Shown here: positions 50,791 through 62,500 of the stretch, in pieces
Numbering within the stretch: position 1 is the first letter of the stretch
Layout: each line of letters opens with the position of its first letter
Source: Piromyces finnis finn
Taxonomy: Eukaryota > Fungi > Neocallimastigomycota
DNA length: 64,000 bases
Direction of reading: 5' to 3'
Assembly: GCA_002104945.1 (NCBI GenBank)
Contig: MCFH01000033.1
Location: 434,001 to 498,000, forward strand
Notes under the pieces: model-generated
What the model saw: only the letters and a program-made list of their open reading frames with translations
What the model was told of the DNA's origin: nothing
Database searches by the model: none
Translations under genes and position numbers: made by a program

Positions 50791-53700
50791 TAAATCAAAC
50801 CAATACTACTTTTGCTACAATATCAGTACCAGTAAATGAAGAAATTACAATTCCAGTAATAAGAAAAGCTAAAAAGAATACTGATATTAAACCATATAAA
50901 AGAACTACCAAAGAAAAATTAAGTGATAATCCACAACCAATTAGAGTTCCAAGTAATGAGACTAGAGAACCATTAAATAATACTTATGAAGATATAATTG
51001 AAGTTCCAAATAATGAAGTAGAAATGGAGACTGTAATTGAAAATGAAAATAATAATAATAATAATAAGAATAATAATAATAATAATATTAATAATAATTA
51101 TAATAATAATATTAATAATAATATGAGTATAAATAATGACACTAATATAAATAATAATGAAAGTAATAAAATAGATAATAACATTAAGAATAATAATATT
51201 AATAATAACACTAATTCAACAGAAGCATTAAAACAATTAGATCCTTCATTCATTAATCAATCCACTATAGATAAAGCTAAACAAAAAAATAAAAAAGAAC
51301 GAGAAAAAGAAATAATTGAACTAGCAAAGGAGATTGAACTTCCGAGTCAAAAGGAAAAAAATGTATCAAATGAGAAAGGTACAAAAAGATTAGTTATTTC
51401 AGCAGATCAAGAAAAATATAATATAACTAAAGATATAGGTGAAAAATTTGCAAACATAACAATAGGCCAACTACTTGAAATTAGTCCTAAATTGAAAACA
51501 GAACTTTCAAAAGCACTAAAATTTACTAAAATTATTGAAGATGAATCTACAATTCTTTCTACCATAAGAAAAGATAAAGTCGTGAAATCAAAATGTAAAA
51601 TAGAAGGAATAGAAACTACTGTATATTTGGACTCTTGTTCATCTATAAATATGATTACTAGAAGATTCTTATTAGAAAATAATATTCCATTAAAACCAGT
51701 TTCAAAAATTAGAGAAACTATATATCAAGCTTATTCCAATACTACTATTGAGTCGCATCTATATGAAATTGAAATTACTATTGGTAATATAACATCTAAA
51801 GAAATATTTAGACTTATTGAAAAAGAAGATATATTCCAGGTCTTAATTGGTGTAGAAACTTTAGCTAATATGAAATTAATTATGGACTTTTCTGATCATA
51901 CTTTATATCAGAAAACTGATGATATCCACAAAATTGGATCTTTTGAAAGTATTAATGAAATGAATCAAACTAATTTAATAGAAGAATTTGATGAAGAAAT
52001 TAATCAAGATGCATTAATATATTACTTAACTAGTCAGAATGATAAATATCAAGATTTAGAAATTAAAACTACTAGTGATTCTAAATTACAACTTATTAAT
52101 AAAATAGTTGATGAAACACAAAAAGAAGCAAAAGACCAATTGAAGAATCTTTTAATAACTAATATAGATGTTTTAGCTAATGATACTGATGATTTGGGTA
52201 AATCAAAATTATTAGCTCATGAAATTAAATTAAATCAAGATGATCCTATTAAACAGAAAATGTATCGTATTTCTAATAAAGAACATATGGAAATTCTAAA
52301 AGAAGAAATAGGAAAGCTTTTAAAGAATGATTTAATAGAACCATCACAATCATCTTGGTCTTCTCCAGTTTTATTAGTACCAAAAAAGAATGGAAAATGG
52401 AGAATGTGTGTAGATTATAGAAAATTAAATTCTATAACAATAAAAGATTCATATCCACTTCCATATATTGAAGAAATATTATTTTCTATTGATAATAATG
52501 TAAAATATTTATCTACATTGGATTTATTCTCTGGTTTTCATCAAATACCAATGAAAAAAGAAGATATTGATAAAACATGTTTTACAACAATATTTGGAAA
52601 TTATAATTACAAAGTAATGCCTTTTGGTTTATGTAATGCTCCAGCAACCTTTCAAAGAGAAATGAACCGTATATTTCTACCACTTATTGGAAAATGTTTA
52701 TTTGTTTATATGGATGACCTTTTAGTATTTTCTCCAAGTCTTGAACAACATATATTAGATCTTCAAAAGGTTTTTAATATAATAAAAGGAAATGGTATAA
52801 AAGCAAATCTTTCTAAATGCCATTTCTTAAAACAAGAAGTAGAGGTCCTTGGTCATATTCTATCAGTAGAAGGTGTCAAACCAGTTGAAAAGAAAATTGA
52901 AACTATTAAAAATTGGAAGTCACCAACAAACCTTACACAGCTAAGATCATTTTTAGGAGCTATAGGACATTACAGGAAGTTTATAAAAGATTTTGCCCAA
53001 ATTGCTCATCCATTATTTAAATTATTAAAAAAGGGTATGAAATTTGAATGGACATCTGAAACCGAAGAAAGTTTCCAAATACTAAAAGAAAGACTGATTA
53101 AGTCTCCTATTTTAAAATATCCTGACTATGATAAAAATTTTATTATAAGAACTGATGCATCACTTAATGGTATTGGTGGTGTATTACTTCAAAAAGATGA
53201 AAATAATGTTGAACATCCAATTCATTATGTTAGTAGGTCTTTAAACGATAGTAAAATTAATTATAGTATAACTGACTTAGAAGGAACCGCAGCTTTTTAT
53301 TGTTGTAAGAAATTTAAATCTTATATAAGTGGGAATAAAGAAGAAACGATATTATATACTGACCATAAACCTTTAGTTGGCTTATTTAATAATAAAGAAC
53401 CAAATAATGCTCGTCAAACACGCTGGGTTACTACACTTAGTATACTCAAGGTAAAAGTTAAATATGAACAAGGAAAGAAAAATGTAGTTGCTGATGCATT
53501 ATCTATACTAATACCAGGCGATAAAAATGATATAAAAATTTCACTAGCTACTTTTAATAATAATGATGATAAAGCTACTAAAAATAATATTTTAAATTCA
53601 AATAAAGATTTTTACTCTAAAAATAATGAAAATATAGTTTATTCTTGTAATTTTAATAATTCATGTATTAATGATAATGAAATAAATAAAAATAATAATA

Positions 53701-55493
53701 TTAATCCCTATATTGATAAAAATATTGACTTAAATAAAAATTTTTGTGTTAATGAAAGTGTAAATTCAATTAAATATTCTAAACTTAATAATGTTGATTT
53801 AAATAATTATATCTCTATTAATAATAATTCACATGGAAATAAAAATAAAAATATAAATTTTAAAAATGATATTGATAAAAGCCAGAATAATAATTATTTT
53901 AAAGATAATGAAATAAATAAATTATCTGACTATGATAATGATATTGTTTATAATAAAGTAATGAATAGTGATATCAATGACTTAAATGATACTCGCAACT
54001 TAAATAATAAAATAGATATAAATAAAAATGATTTTCCTAAATTAAATGAAAATACTACAACTAGTTATTATAATTATAACATCCATAATTATCATAATAA
54101 TATTCATTCATATGATCCATCTAATATTTTTAATATTGATAAAAATAATTATTTTAATATAGAAAATAAAATAAAAATATCCTCAATTCCATCTGAAAAT
54201 GAAAAAGGTGAATCAATAAATAATTATACTGACTCAGAAGCGGTACTTGTAACTGACACATCTATTGATACTAGTGAAAATAATTCAAATGAATATCCAG
54301 GAAGTAATAAAATTAAAGAATTTCTTAAAAAGAAAATTATCTTAATAAATGGAATAAAATATTATAAAGATGGAGACAATATCAGAAAAGTTATTGAAGA
54401 TAAAGAAGAGAAAATAGAATTACTATTAGCTGCACAATCAATAGGTCATGAAGGATTTTATAAAACTTATAACAGATTAAAGAAAAATTATTATTGGAAA
54501 AATATGGCTAAAGATGTAGAACTACTTGTAAAAACTTGCCATGATTGTCAATTAAAGAGACCTCAACCTATTAATAGTGGTACTGAATCATTTGCTACAA
54601 AGCCAGGTCTACCATTCACTAGAGTTGGTTTAGATATTATTGGACCACTACCAATAACTAAAAATAATAATAAATATATAATAGTACTTGTAGATTATTT
54701 TACCAAATGGGTTGAAGCTGAACCTCTAAAATCAATTGAATCTACGGATGTTATAAAATTTCTTTCAAATGTATTTTCTAGACATGGTACTCCAGAAATA
54801 TTAATTACTGATAATGGTCCACAATTTACTTCTGATGCTACTAAAGGCTTTCTTGATTTATATGGTATATATGTTCAATATTCTAGCACTTATCATCCAG
54901 AAACAAATGGACAAGTAGAAAATCGTAATAGAGAAATTGTTAAAAATATTCGACTATTAGGAGACTCAAATAAAGAATGGGACGAAGTTCTTCCATCGGC
55001 TTTATGGGCTCTACGTACTTGTAAAAATGAAGTAACAAAATTTTCTAGCTTTGAATTATTATATGGTTGTACTGACCTTCAACCATTTGAACTTATGATA
55101 GAATACAATAATAAAAATGAATATGAAACTCCAGAAGAATATTTAATAAATAAATTTAATACACATTGGGAATGGATTATTGAAGTTACCAAAAATATTC
55201 AGAATGCTAATAAATTATGGGAAAATAGAAGAAAACAAAAAGCTTCAATGAATACTGCATTTCCAGCCGGTGATTTAGTACTTGTTAGAAATTTTTCAAG
55301 AAGAAAGTTAGATCCATTTTTCATGGGATCTTTCCGTATTATTAAAATGGAATTTAATACTACTACATTATGTGACCCTATTAGTGGTGCAATAGCTGAA
55401 AGAAATGTTCATCAAAAGAATTTAGTTCATTATCATACTTGGCACAATGAGACTTCCAGGGACGAAGTCCAAACTCAAGTGGGGGGATCTTGA
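50766..55493 (+). CDS. Element B pol (1575 aa): PR-RT-RNase H-[Asn-rich insert]-IN
   Basis: YLDSCS (PR), YMDD, TDAS, QSIGH..CHDC, LDIIGP/ITDNG/VENRN. Confidence 0.92.
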   Translation: MSGRRNTPINQTNTTFATISVPVNEEITIPVIRKAKKNTDIKPYKRTTKEKLSDNPQPIRVPSNETREPLNNTYEDIIEVPNNEVEMETVIENENNNNNNKNNNNNNINNNYNNNINNNMSINNDTNINNNESNKIDNNIKNNNINNNTNSTEALKQLDPSFINQSTIDKAKQKNKKEREKEIIELAKEIELPSQKEKNVSNEKGTKRLVISADQEKYNITKDIGEKFANITIGQLLEISPKLKTELSKALKFTKIIEDESTILSTIRKDKVVKSKCKIEGIETTVYLDSCSSINMITRRFLLENNIPLKPVSKIRETIYQAYSNTTIESHLYEIEITIGNITSKEIFRLIEKEDIFQVLIGVETLANMKLIMDFSDHTLYQKTDDIHKIGSFESINEMNQTNLIEEFDEEINQDALIYYLTSQNDKYQDLEIKTTSDSKLQLINKIVDETQKEAKDQLKNLLITNIDVLANDTDDLGKSKLLAHEIKLNQDDPIKQKMYRISNKEHMEILKEEIGKLLKNDLIEPSQSSWSSPVLLVPKKNGKWRMCVDYRKLNSITIKDSYPLPYIEEILFSIDNNVKYLSTLDLFSGFHQIPMKKEDIDKTCFTTIFGNYNYKVMPFGLCNAPATFQREMNRIFLPLIGKCLFVYMDDLLVFSPSLEQHILDLQKVFNIIKGNGIKANLSKCHFLKQEVEVLGHILSVEGVKPVEKKIETIKNWKSPTNLTQLRSFLGAIGHYRKFIKDFAQIAHPLFKLLKKGMKFEWTSETEESFQILKERLIKSPILKYPDYDKNFIIRTDASLNGIGGVLLQKDENNVEHPIHYVSRSLNDSKINYSITDLEGTAAFYCCKKFKSYISGNKEETILYTDHKPLVGLFNNKEPNNARQTRWVTTLSILKVKVKYEQGKKNVVADALSILIPGDKNDIKISLATFNNNDDKATKNNILNSNKDFYSKNNENIVYSCNFNNSCINDNEINKNNNINPYIDKNIDLNKNFCVNESVNSIKYSKLNNVDLNNYISINNNSHGNKNKNINFKNDIDKSQNNNYFKDNEINKLSDYDNDIVYNKVMNSDINDLNDTRNLNNKIDINKNDFPKLNENTTTSYYNYNIHNYHNNIHSYDPSNIFNIDKNNYFNIENKIKISSIPSENEKGESINNYTDSEAVLVTDTSIDTSENNSNEYPGSNKIKEFLKKKIILINGIKYYKDGDNIRKVIEDKEEKIELLLAAQSIGHEGFYKTYNRLKKNYYWKNMAKDVELLVKTCHDCQLKRPQPINSGTESFATKPGLPFTRVGLDIIGPLPITKNNNKYIIVLVDYFTKWVEAEPLKSIESTDVIKFLSNVFSRHGTPEILITDNGPQFTSDATKGFLDLYGIYVQYSSTYHPETNGQVENRNREIVKNIRLLGDSNKEWDEVLPSALWALRTCKNEVTKFSSFELLYGCTDLQPFELMIEYNNKNEYETPEEYLINKFNTHWEWIIEVTKNIQNANKLWENRRKQKASMNTAFPAGDLVLVRNFSRRKLDPFFMGSFRIIKMEFNTTTLCDPISGAIAERNVHQKNLVHYHTWHNETSRDEVQTQVGGS

Positions 55494-56603
55494 TACGCTA
55501 CTCACATAAAAACATAATAAAAACTAGCTGAATAAACACGACTTAACCCATAGTAACTTATAATAAAAAAAAAACGATAATAACCCTTAAAAATGAATGA
55601 ATAATAATTTTATGAAAATATAACCCTTTTTTAAATAAATAATATTCTCTTTATTATATAATAAATTCTGAGTAAAAACGACCTAATAGTGATAATAATA
55701 AAATAAATTATTAAATAAAATAAAACGACTTAATCCAATAATATACTAAAATAATAAAATAATAATAAATAAATAAAAATGAATAAATAAACTAAAAATA
55801 AAATGGTATACATCAAATTATTAATTCTAGTGTTTATCCAAGTGTTCTTTAGAAATTCTCTTAAACTTATAAATTAATAAGTAACTAATTGAGTAATTAT
55901 TACTAAAATGATAAACTTAAAACCTGGAAATAGAACAATAATAATAATTCTAAAGATAAAATACAGAACTCTTTTATGTTTCTGTATAAAATGAGTGTTT
56001 ATAATAGTTGATACTTTTAATATTTTAATTTTGTTATATTTTTATTTTAATTTTATTTTAATTTTATTTTAATATTATTTTAATTTCAAATTTTAATTAT
56101 TTTATTCAAGGTATTATACATTTAATGATAGTCAATGATAATTTATAATAATTTTTCTAAATTTAAACATTTTGAAGTAATAAGAAAATCAAATAAGTAA
56201 TATTCTATAATATTTTATAATACTAAGACATAATTTTAATTTATTCTTTTAATTTTAATAAATAATAACAATAGTAATAATAATATTTAATAGTTAAAAA
56301 TAATAATATATGTAATAAATGAAAATGTATAAAAAGGAAGATAAAATTCTTCTTTATAAAAAAGGTGGACAATAAATAGAGAATAAAAAAGACAATAAAC
56401 AGATAATAAATAAATTATAAAATATAATAAAGATTTAATTTAAAACATAATAAGAGTTTATTTTCGAGTTTTGAGTGATTTATTTGTTAATTATAAAACA
56501 TATTTTTATTTTATTTTAAATTTATTGTTTCATCATAATAATATAGAATTTATTATTTATTAAAAACATTATATTATTCAAAAATATATCAGTCAACGTA
56601 TCA

Positions 56604-56742
56604 TAAAATTTTGGTGGAGAATCCGGGCGTGACCAAAGATATGAAAAAGAATAATATTAATAATAATACTAATAAATTCTAAAATATTAAGCGTTTATAA
56701 AAAAAAACAGTTTACATTTAATTTAATTTTATTATATATTCT
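56604..56742 (+). mobile_element. Second, truncated copy of the B leader (tandem element remnant)
   Basis: Matches 47923-48062 including the PBS. Confidence 0.85.
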
Positions 56743-57461
56743 TGTAAAGATATAAAGTATATCTTTAAATTATTTAATAATTAATTAATAATTATTGAAT
56801 AATAATTTTGATATTTTAATGAAAAATTGTTTATAAAATTTATTGTATAAATTTTATGGAATAATTAAATAAAGATTAATTTTAAAATATCAAAGTTAGA
56901 AATGAAATTTGGATAAATATTTAAATTAATGGATAATTAAATTTAAATATTTTAAATATTCAAATTAAATCTTAAAAAGTTTTTATTTAATTCAAAATTA
57001 GTTTAATAACTTTAGCGTAGTTTTAAAATAAGTTTTTTTTAATAAGAAATATATTATAAATAGTATTATTAATATTTAATTAATATATAAGTAATACATA
57101 GACTGTATTCAATTTGCAGTTTACTCAAATTGAATCAAAAGTGTATTTAATTAGTTTTAGTTTAGTTTTATTATTTTATTATTTAATTAAATTAGTATTA
57201 AATTAGTTTTGTTTATTTTCTATTAAATATATGTATAATTAAATAGAATAATATATTAAAATATAATTTACAAAAAATATAAATACATGTAAAAATTCCT
57301 TAATTAAAACGATGTAATTGTTATTGACTATTATTTAGTTAATAACTAAATAAACTTAATAAAAGAAGATATTTAAAAAGATAATTTTAACTATATTTTG
57401 TTTTTATTTTTTGGTGTTGTTTTATTGTAAAATTTTATAATCTGTTTTTGAGTCTTATACA
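56743..57461 (+). mobile_element. Orphan C-related LTR
   Basis: Aligns with 24640-25375; no matching TSD and no ATAAC PBS on the right, so the right junction is rearranged. Confidence 0.85.
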
Positions 57462-57470
57462 CATTTATAT

Positions 57471-58568
57471 AAAAGAAGTCGACCTGACTCTATCCTATCA
57501 ACTGGTATCAGCAAATTATTACAATGAAATTAAATTTTTTAAGTTCGTTTTCGTATTACTTCATAATATTTTAATATATTATTTAATATACTCCTTAATT
57601 GTATTTATCTAATTTAATTAATAATATATTATCCTTAAATATATTTTATTTATTTAGTTATTTAATCAAATTTATATTGTATTTTCATATTAAAGAAGTC
57701 GACCTGACTCTATCCTTTAAAAAAGGTGTAATCCAGTTCTTTATTTAGTCTAAAATTAAATTATTTTAAAATTGATTTTAAATATTAAATTAAATCATAA
57801 ATTTATAAAATTAATTTAATTTATAATATTTCTAATTTAATTTATTATATACTATTTCCCAAAAAGATGTCGATCTGACTCTGTCCTCTAAAAAGGTGTC
57901 ATCGAAATCTTATTATAATAATATAGAATAATTTATTTAACTAACTTTCCAAATTTATTGCTTTTAATTTTATTGTAAAATTCTAATTCATTTCTTAATT
58001 TTGTTATATTTAATTTATTATATACTATGTTTAAAAGATATCACTCAGACTCTATCCTATCCTATCAAACAGTGTCGAGCGAGGTCTTTTATAGCATGTA
58101 ATAAATTTATTTCAATAAAATAACTTATTCCTTCTTTTAATTAATAAATATCAAAAATTTAATTCTCATATTTCTCAATGTATTTTAAATAATCCTAAAA
58201 TTATTATATACTATGTTTAAAAGATGTCGCTCAGACAGACTCTATCCTATCAAACGGTGTCGAGCGAGGTCTTTTAAGTATATAATAAATTCATTCCAAA
58301 ATAATAATTAATAATTCATTCAAATAAGTGAAATCAACATACTAATTCACTTATTTCTCAATATATTTAAATAATTTTTAAAATTTGATTAACTTTTTCT
58401 CAATTTTCTTTCTTTTTAAATAAGTTTTAATTTTCTTACTTCTCAATTAATTTTTTGATTTAATTTACACTTTTAATTGTATATATCCAATTTAATTTAT
58501 AATATACTATGTATAAAAGATGTCGCTCAGACTCTATCCTATTAAACGGTGTCGAGCGAGTTCTTTTT
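57471..58568. repeat. Array of six ~50-nt hairpin motifs with 120-245 nt AT-rich spacers
   Basis: Copies start at about 57471, 57692, 57861, 58033, 58219, 58515; core GACTCT(A/G)TCCT..(C/A)(G/A)GT(G/A)T. Confidence 0.9.
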
Positions 58569-58724
58569 ATAGTATATTATAATTAAATTTAATTTTAAAA
58601 GAGCATCATCAAACAAGAGTATTTCATAAATATATTTCTATTAGTATTACAGATAGATTTAATATATAAAAACATTGTTCCATACAGTAGAGTTACACTT
58701 ATTTCAATTCCAATATAAAAAAGA

Positions 58725-58855
58725 AAGTTTCACAGAGTAGAAGTTCCACAAGCAAAGTTCCACGAGATTCGTTCAAAAGAATTCCACGAAGAGAGGATTT
58801 TACAAGGTAGTGTTCCACAAATAGGTAAAAATTCTACAATTATTGTTCCACAAAG
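58725..58855. repeat. Cluster of about eight GTTCCACA-like motifs
   Basis: AAGTTCCACA, AAGTTCCACG, AATTCCACG, TGTTCCACAA twice, plus variants. Confidence 0.7.
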
Positions 58856-59036
58856 TAGGGTTTCTTTTTGAATTTTAGTTGTAAATTTTCTTTAAAAATT
58901 CTAATTTTGGTTTGTTGTTATTAAATTCGATTTGCTTTCATAATGTTTTCATTTGAAGAAATATTAACATTGAACCCTGTGTACGGAACATTAGGAATGT
59001 TCCTTTGCTATATCGGTACGACGTCGGAGCTCTTGA

Positions 59037-59400
59037 TTATGTTAGGTATCTTACTAAACCTATCAAAAAGTAGCTACTAATGATAGGGATTGTTTTAGTA
59101 AGAAAAGCCGCAAGACCCTCTACATATAGAACATGAGACCCCAATGAACTGTAAAGCTGTTCATTCAAATGTCTTTGTTCCGCTTTATCAATTTGTAGCT
59201 TGTCATAAGCTAAAGTTCCACCAAGAAGGAACATAAAAATATAATTATAAATTGTTTTTCTTACTTCCATTTCAGGGAGTAAGTAATTTATAAAGTATAT
59301 ATTTCCACCAAAAGGGACCGAATTCATTGAAATTATTCATTTTTTTTTTAACGGCATCAAATATTTTAAACTTTATTATTAATTTAATTAAAATTATAAT
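59037..59400 (-). pseudogene. Remnant C-terminus of a second LINE ORF
   Basis: IFMFLLGG..LAAFLTKTIP resembles IYKFLLGG..TAELLTKIMP at 59636-59863. Confidence 0.55.
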
Positions 59401-59540
59401 ACATGTAATAAAAAAAACTAAAAATAAAAATAAAAAAAAAAGTTTAAATAAACACAAACGAATAGAAATTGGGTATAATGTATTTTAGTAATTTAATTAA
59501 AGTAAGAAAGCCACTATTATACTAAAGTATAATAATTATA

Positions 59541-62500
59541 TTTGACTTCCAATGGGACACCGAGCCAAAGATCAAAATTTTATCATGGAACAAAATTATG
59601 ATCTCCATTGGTTGCGCTGGCCCTCCTGGCCTGTCTTACTGTTTCTTCAGCATTGACCATTGCTGGCCAATAGCAAAAGGCATGATTTTGGTTAGAAGTT
59701 CCGCGGTTACCGTCAAGAATGGTGTTCCTTCATTAGTACCAGATTGAATCTGACACTTGCAAAGTTCTTTCCATTCCCTTGAATTGTAATTGATAATATT
59801 AAAACTTCTTCCCCCAAGAAGGAATTTATATATTTTACTGCACATACTAGAATTATCATACACATTAATATTTCACCGGATTATTAGAACTATTACCATT
59901 ATTAACTAAATTACTATCTAAATTAGAATTATTGTCTTCACTAATGCTATTATTACTAATATTATTACTATTATTATTATTACTATTACTACTACTATTA
60001 TTGTTATTATTATTATTGTTACTATTACTATTGTTACTATTATTACTACTATTGTTACTATTACTATTAATATTATTACTATCTCTACTGATATTAACAT
60101 TTTCATTATTATTGATAGGACTGTTGGAATTACGTTGACTGAAAAAATTTAATAGCTGGACTATGGAATCATAATGTTTAATACGGATATCTCTAAATGT
60201 TGGACAAACTAATAACCAATGCTTAATACTTTGTGCACCACACTTGCAACATGGACAGTAGTTAGGACAAACTAGATCAACAAATTTAGCAGCTTTGGTA
60301 ACTCTAGCATCCAACTTGGATCCGCTTCTTGCTTTCAATAGCCAGTAGAAGCCATAGGCAAACTCTGGGTACTCATAACATAATTTAATAAAATCTATAG
60401 TTTCAATAAATTTATTATCATCATAATATTGCGCTTTGATTGAATTCCCTTTGAGATCTTTCCAATAAAAGTTTTTAACTGCTTTAACATCTCCATGTTT
60501 CTTTAATTTTTTATCAAGTGTCCTACCTGATTTGCACCACGTGTATTTTCTAAATTTATGAATGTAATTGACAAGGTATGAGATAATACAATTCGAGTTT
60601 TTCCATTTGTTAAAACATCTAACCTGAGCTAACGCACATTTGGCTGACAATGGAGGAATATTCAAATCTTTTGAGATAGAGTATAAAGATATAAACGATA
60701 CAGCTTTATGAACTCCGGCAATCCATCGTATTCCTTTGTTAACATGCTTCTGAGCAATCCTAGACCTAGCTTTGTTGGATCCAAGTAATGGTGCAAAGTA
60801 TGAAACTCTGCTAATCACTTGTGAGTTAAGTACTAGCTTTTTGAAGGGAATAGGAATATTAGGATTTCTTAAGAATTTACTGACTGAAAAAAGTCCTTTC
60901 AAAACTTTGTTATTAAGAGTTTTAATAACTGGTTTAAGGGACAGATTCTTATCAAATGGAACACCAAGATAAGTATAACAATCAGTAGTTGGAATGGGTT
61001 GTCCTGCTAAGTAAAATGTTGGATCTCTCTTGATCTGATTTTCTATTGATTCAGGACGAATCACCATCGTTGAACATTTCTGGATACCAAATTCCATTTC
61101 ATTATACAAGGCCCATTCATTAACTCTTCTAAGCATCTTTTTTAAGCATCCTCTTGTTGGAGCACAAATAACCATATCATCTGCAAAAAGTCCACCACAG
61201 CATTGAGTGTCACCTAAACTGACTCCTAGATCTTCGCACTCTTTAAATATATCATTAATAAAGAGATTAAAGAGAATAGGAGAAAGAGGGCAACCTTGAC
61301 GGACTCCTTTCTTCACATCAAAAGATTTCGAGAATTGTCCATCTAATTTGACATTAGCCTTAGATGTTAAATATAAATTTTTGATGAATTGTAAACTCTT
61401 ACCTCGGATTCCTAAACAATCTAATTTATGGAGAATATTACCGATTGGGACTGAATCGTATGCTTTCCTGAGATCTAAAAAGGCCAAATATGTCTCTTTA
61501 TTATCTAATTGACGTCTACGGCATATTTCTTGGATTGAAATGAAAAGACTGATACTTTCTTCCTTTTTTCGAAAACCAAATTGTTCAGGTCTAATGAAAT
61601 TATTCTTTAAACCATATTCTGAGATTCTAGTGGTGACAATTTTGGAAATCAACTTAATACCATTATTGATAAGTGATATACCTCGATAGTTATCACAATC
61701 TGTCAAATCTCCCTTCTTAGGAATAGAAACAATACTGGATTCATTCCATGAGTTGGGGAAGTCTCCATCCCAAATACGGTTGAATAATTTAAGAATAAAA
61801 TTTAAACCATGAGCATCATTATCTGAAGTGGTATTACCGGAAGAATTATTACCTGTAGCATTATTAGAATCATTACTTGATGGAATTAATGCTTTGTAAA
61901 GTTCAATTGGAATACCATCCGGACCTGATGCTTTATAATTTGGAGTAGAGAGGATAGCTAACTTGACTTCATCAATACTAATATCTTGGTTGATATCCCA
62001 TTCATCAAGCATAGGAAGTGAAAAACGTTTATTCGTTGGTTCTTCATACCAATGATCCAAATCAAGACTTACACCACTTGGATCTGATGCAAGGTTTTCG
62101 AAATGATCATGCCACACCTCTAGTTGTTCTTCTGTAGCAACAACTAATTCTCCATTTTTATTTTTAATTGGTTGAGCAATAAAGAAAGAATCTTTTCCAA
62201 TTTTTGCAGTTTTCTTGATCCATTTCCAGGCCTTCTTAGGATTATGACTCTTCATATACTCACATCCTGTTTTAATCCAATGAAGATATTCTTGTTTCCT
62301 AAATTCATTACATCTTTTGTGGATGTAATCGATGAGCTTACGGTAGATTTTAATCCTTTTAATAAATTCATCTATATCATAAATTCTTTCTTTTTTAAAT
62401 CTCTTATACAACTTCATTTTGATTTTTTGAAGATTAAAAATTTGTTGTGAAATATGAAATGAAGACTTTATAACATTATTTGCTGAGGTAATACTGAGCT

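Larger units (their letters stand above)
46795..56603 (+). mobile_element. Ty3/gypsy LTR retrotransposon B (tRNA-primed, related to D)
   Basis: LTRs 46795-47922 and 55491-56603 (TGATAC..GTATCA); PBS; PPT GTGGGGGGATCT. Confidence 0.93.

Noticed and set aside
57471-58568. CRISPR array interpretation of the six-copy repeat
   Set aside because: Eukaryotic context, repeats diverge, spacers are 120-245 nt and partly related, and there are no cas genes
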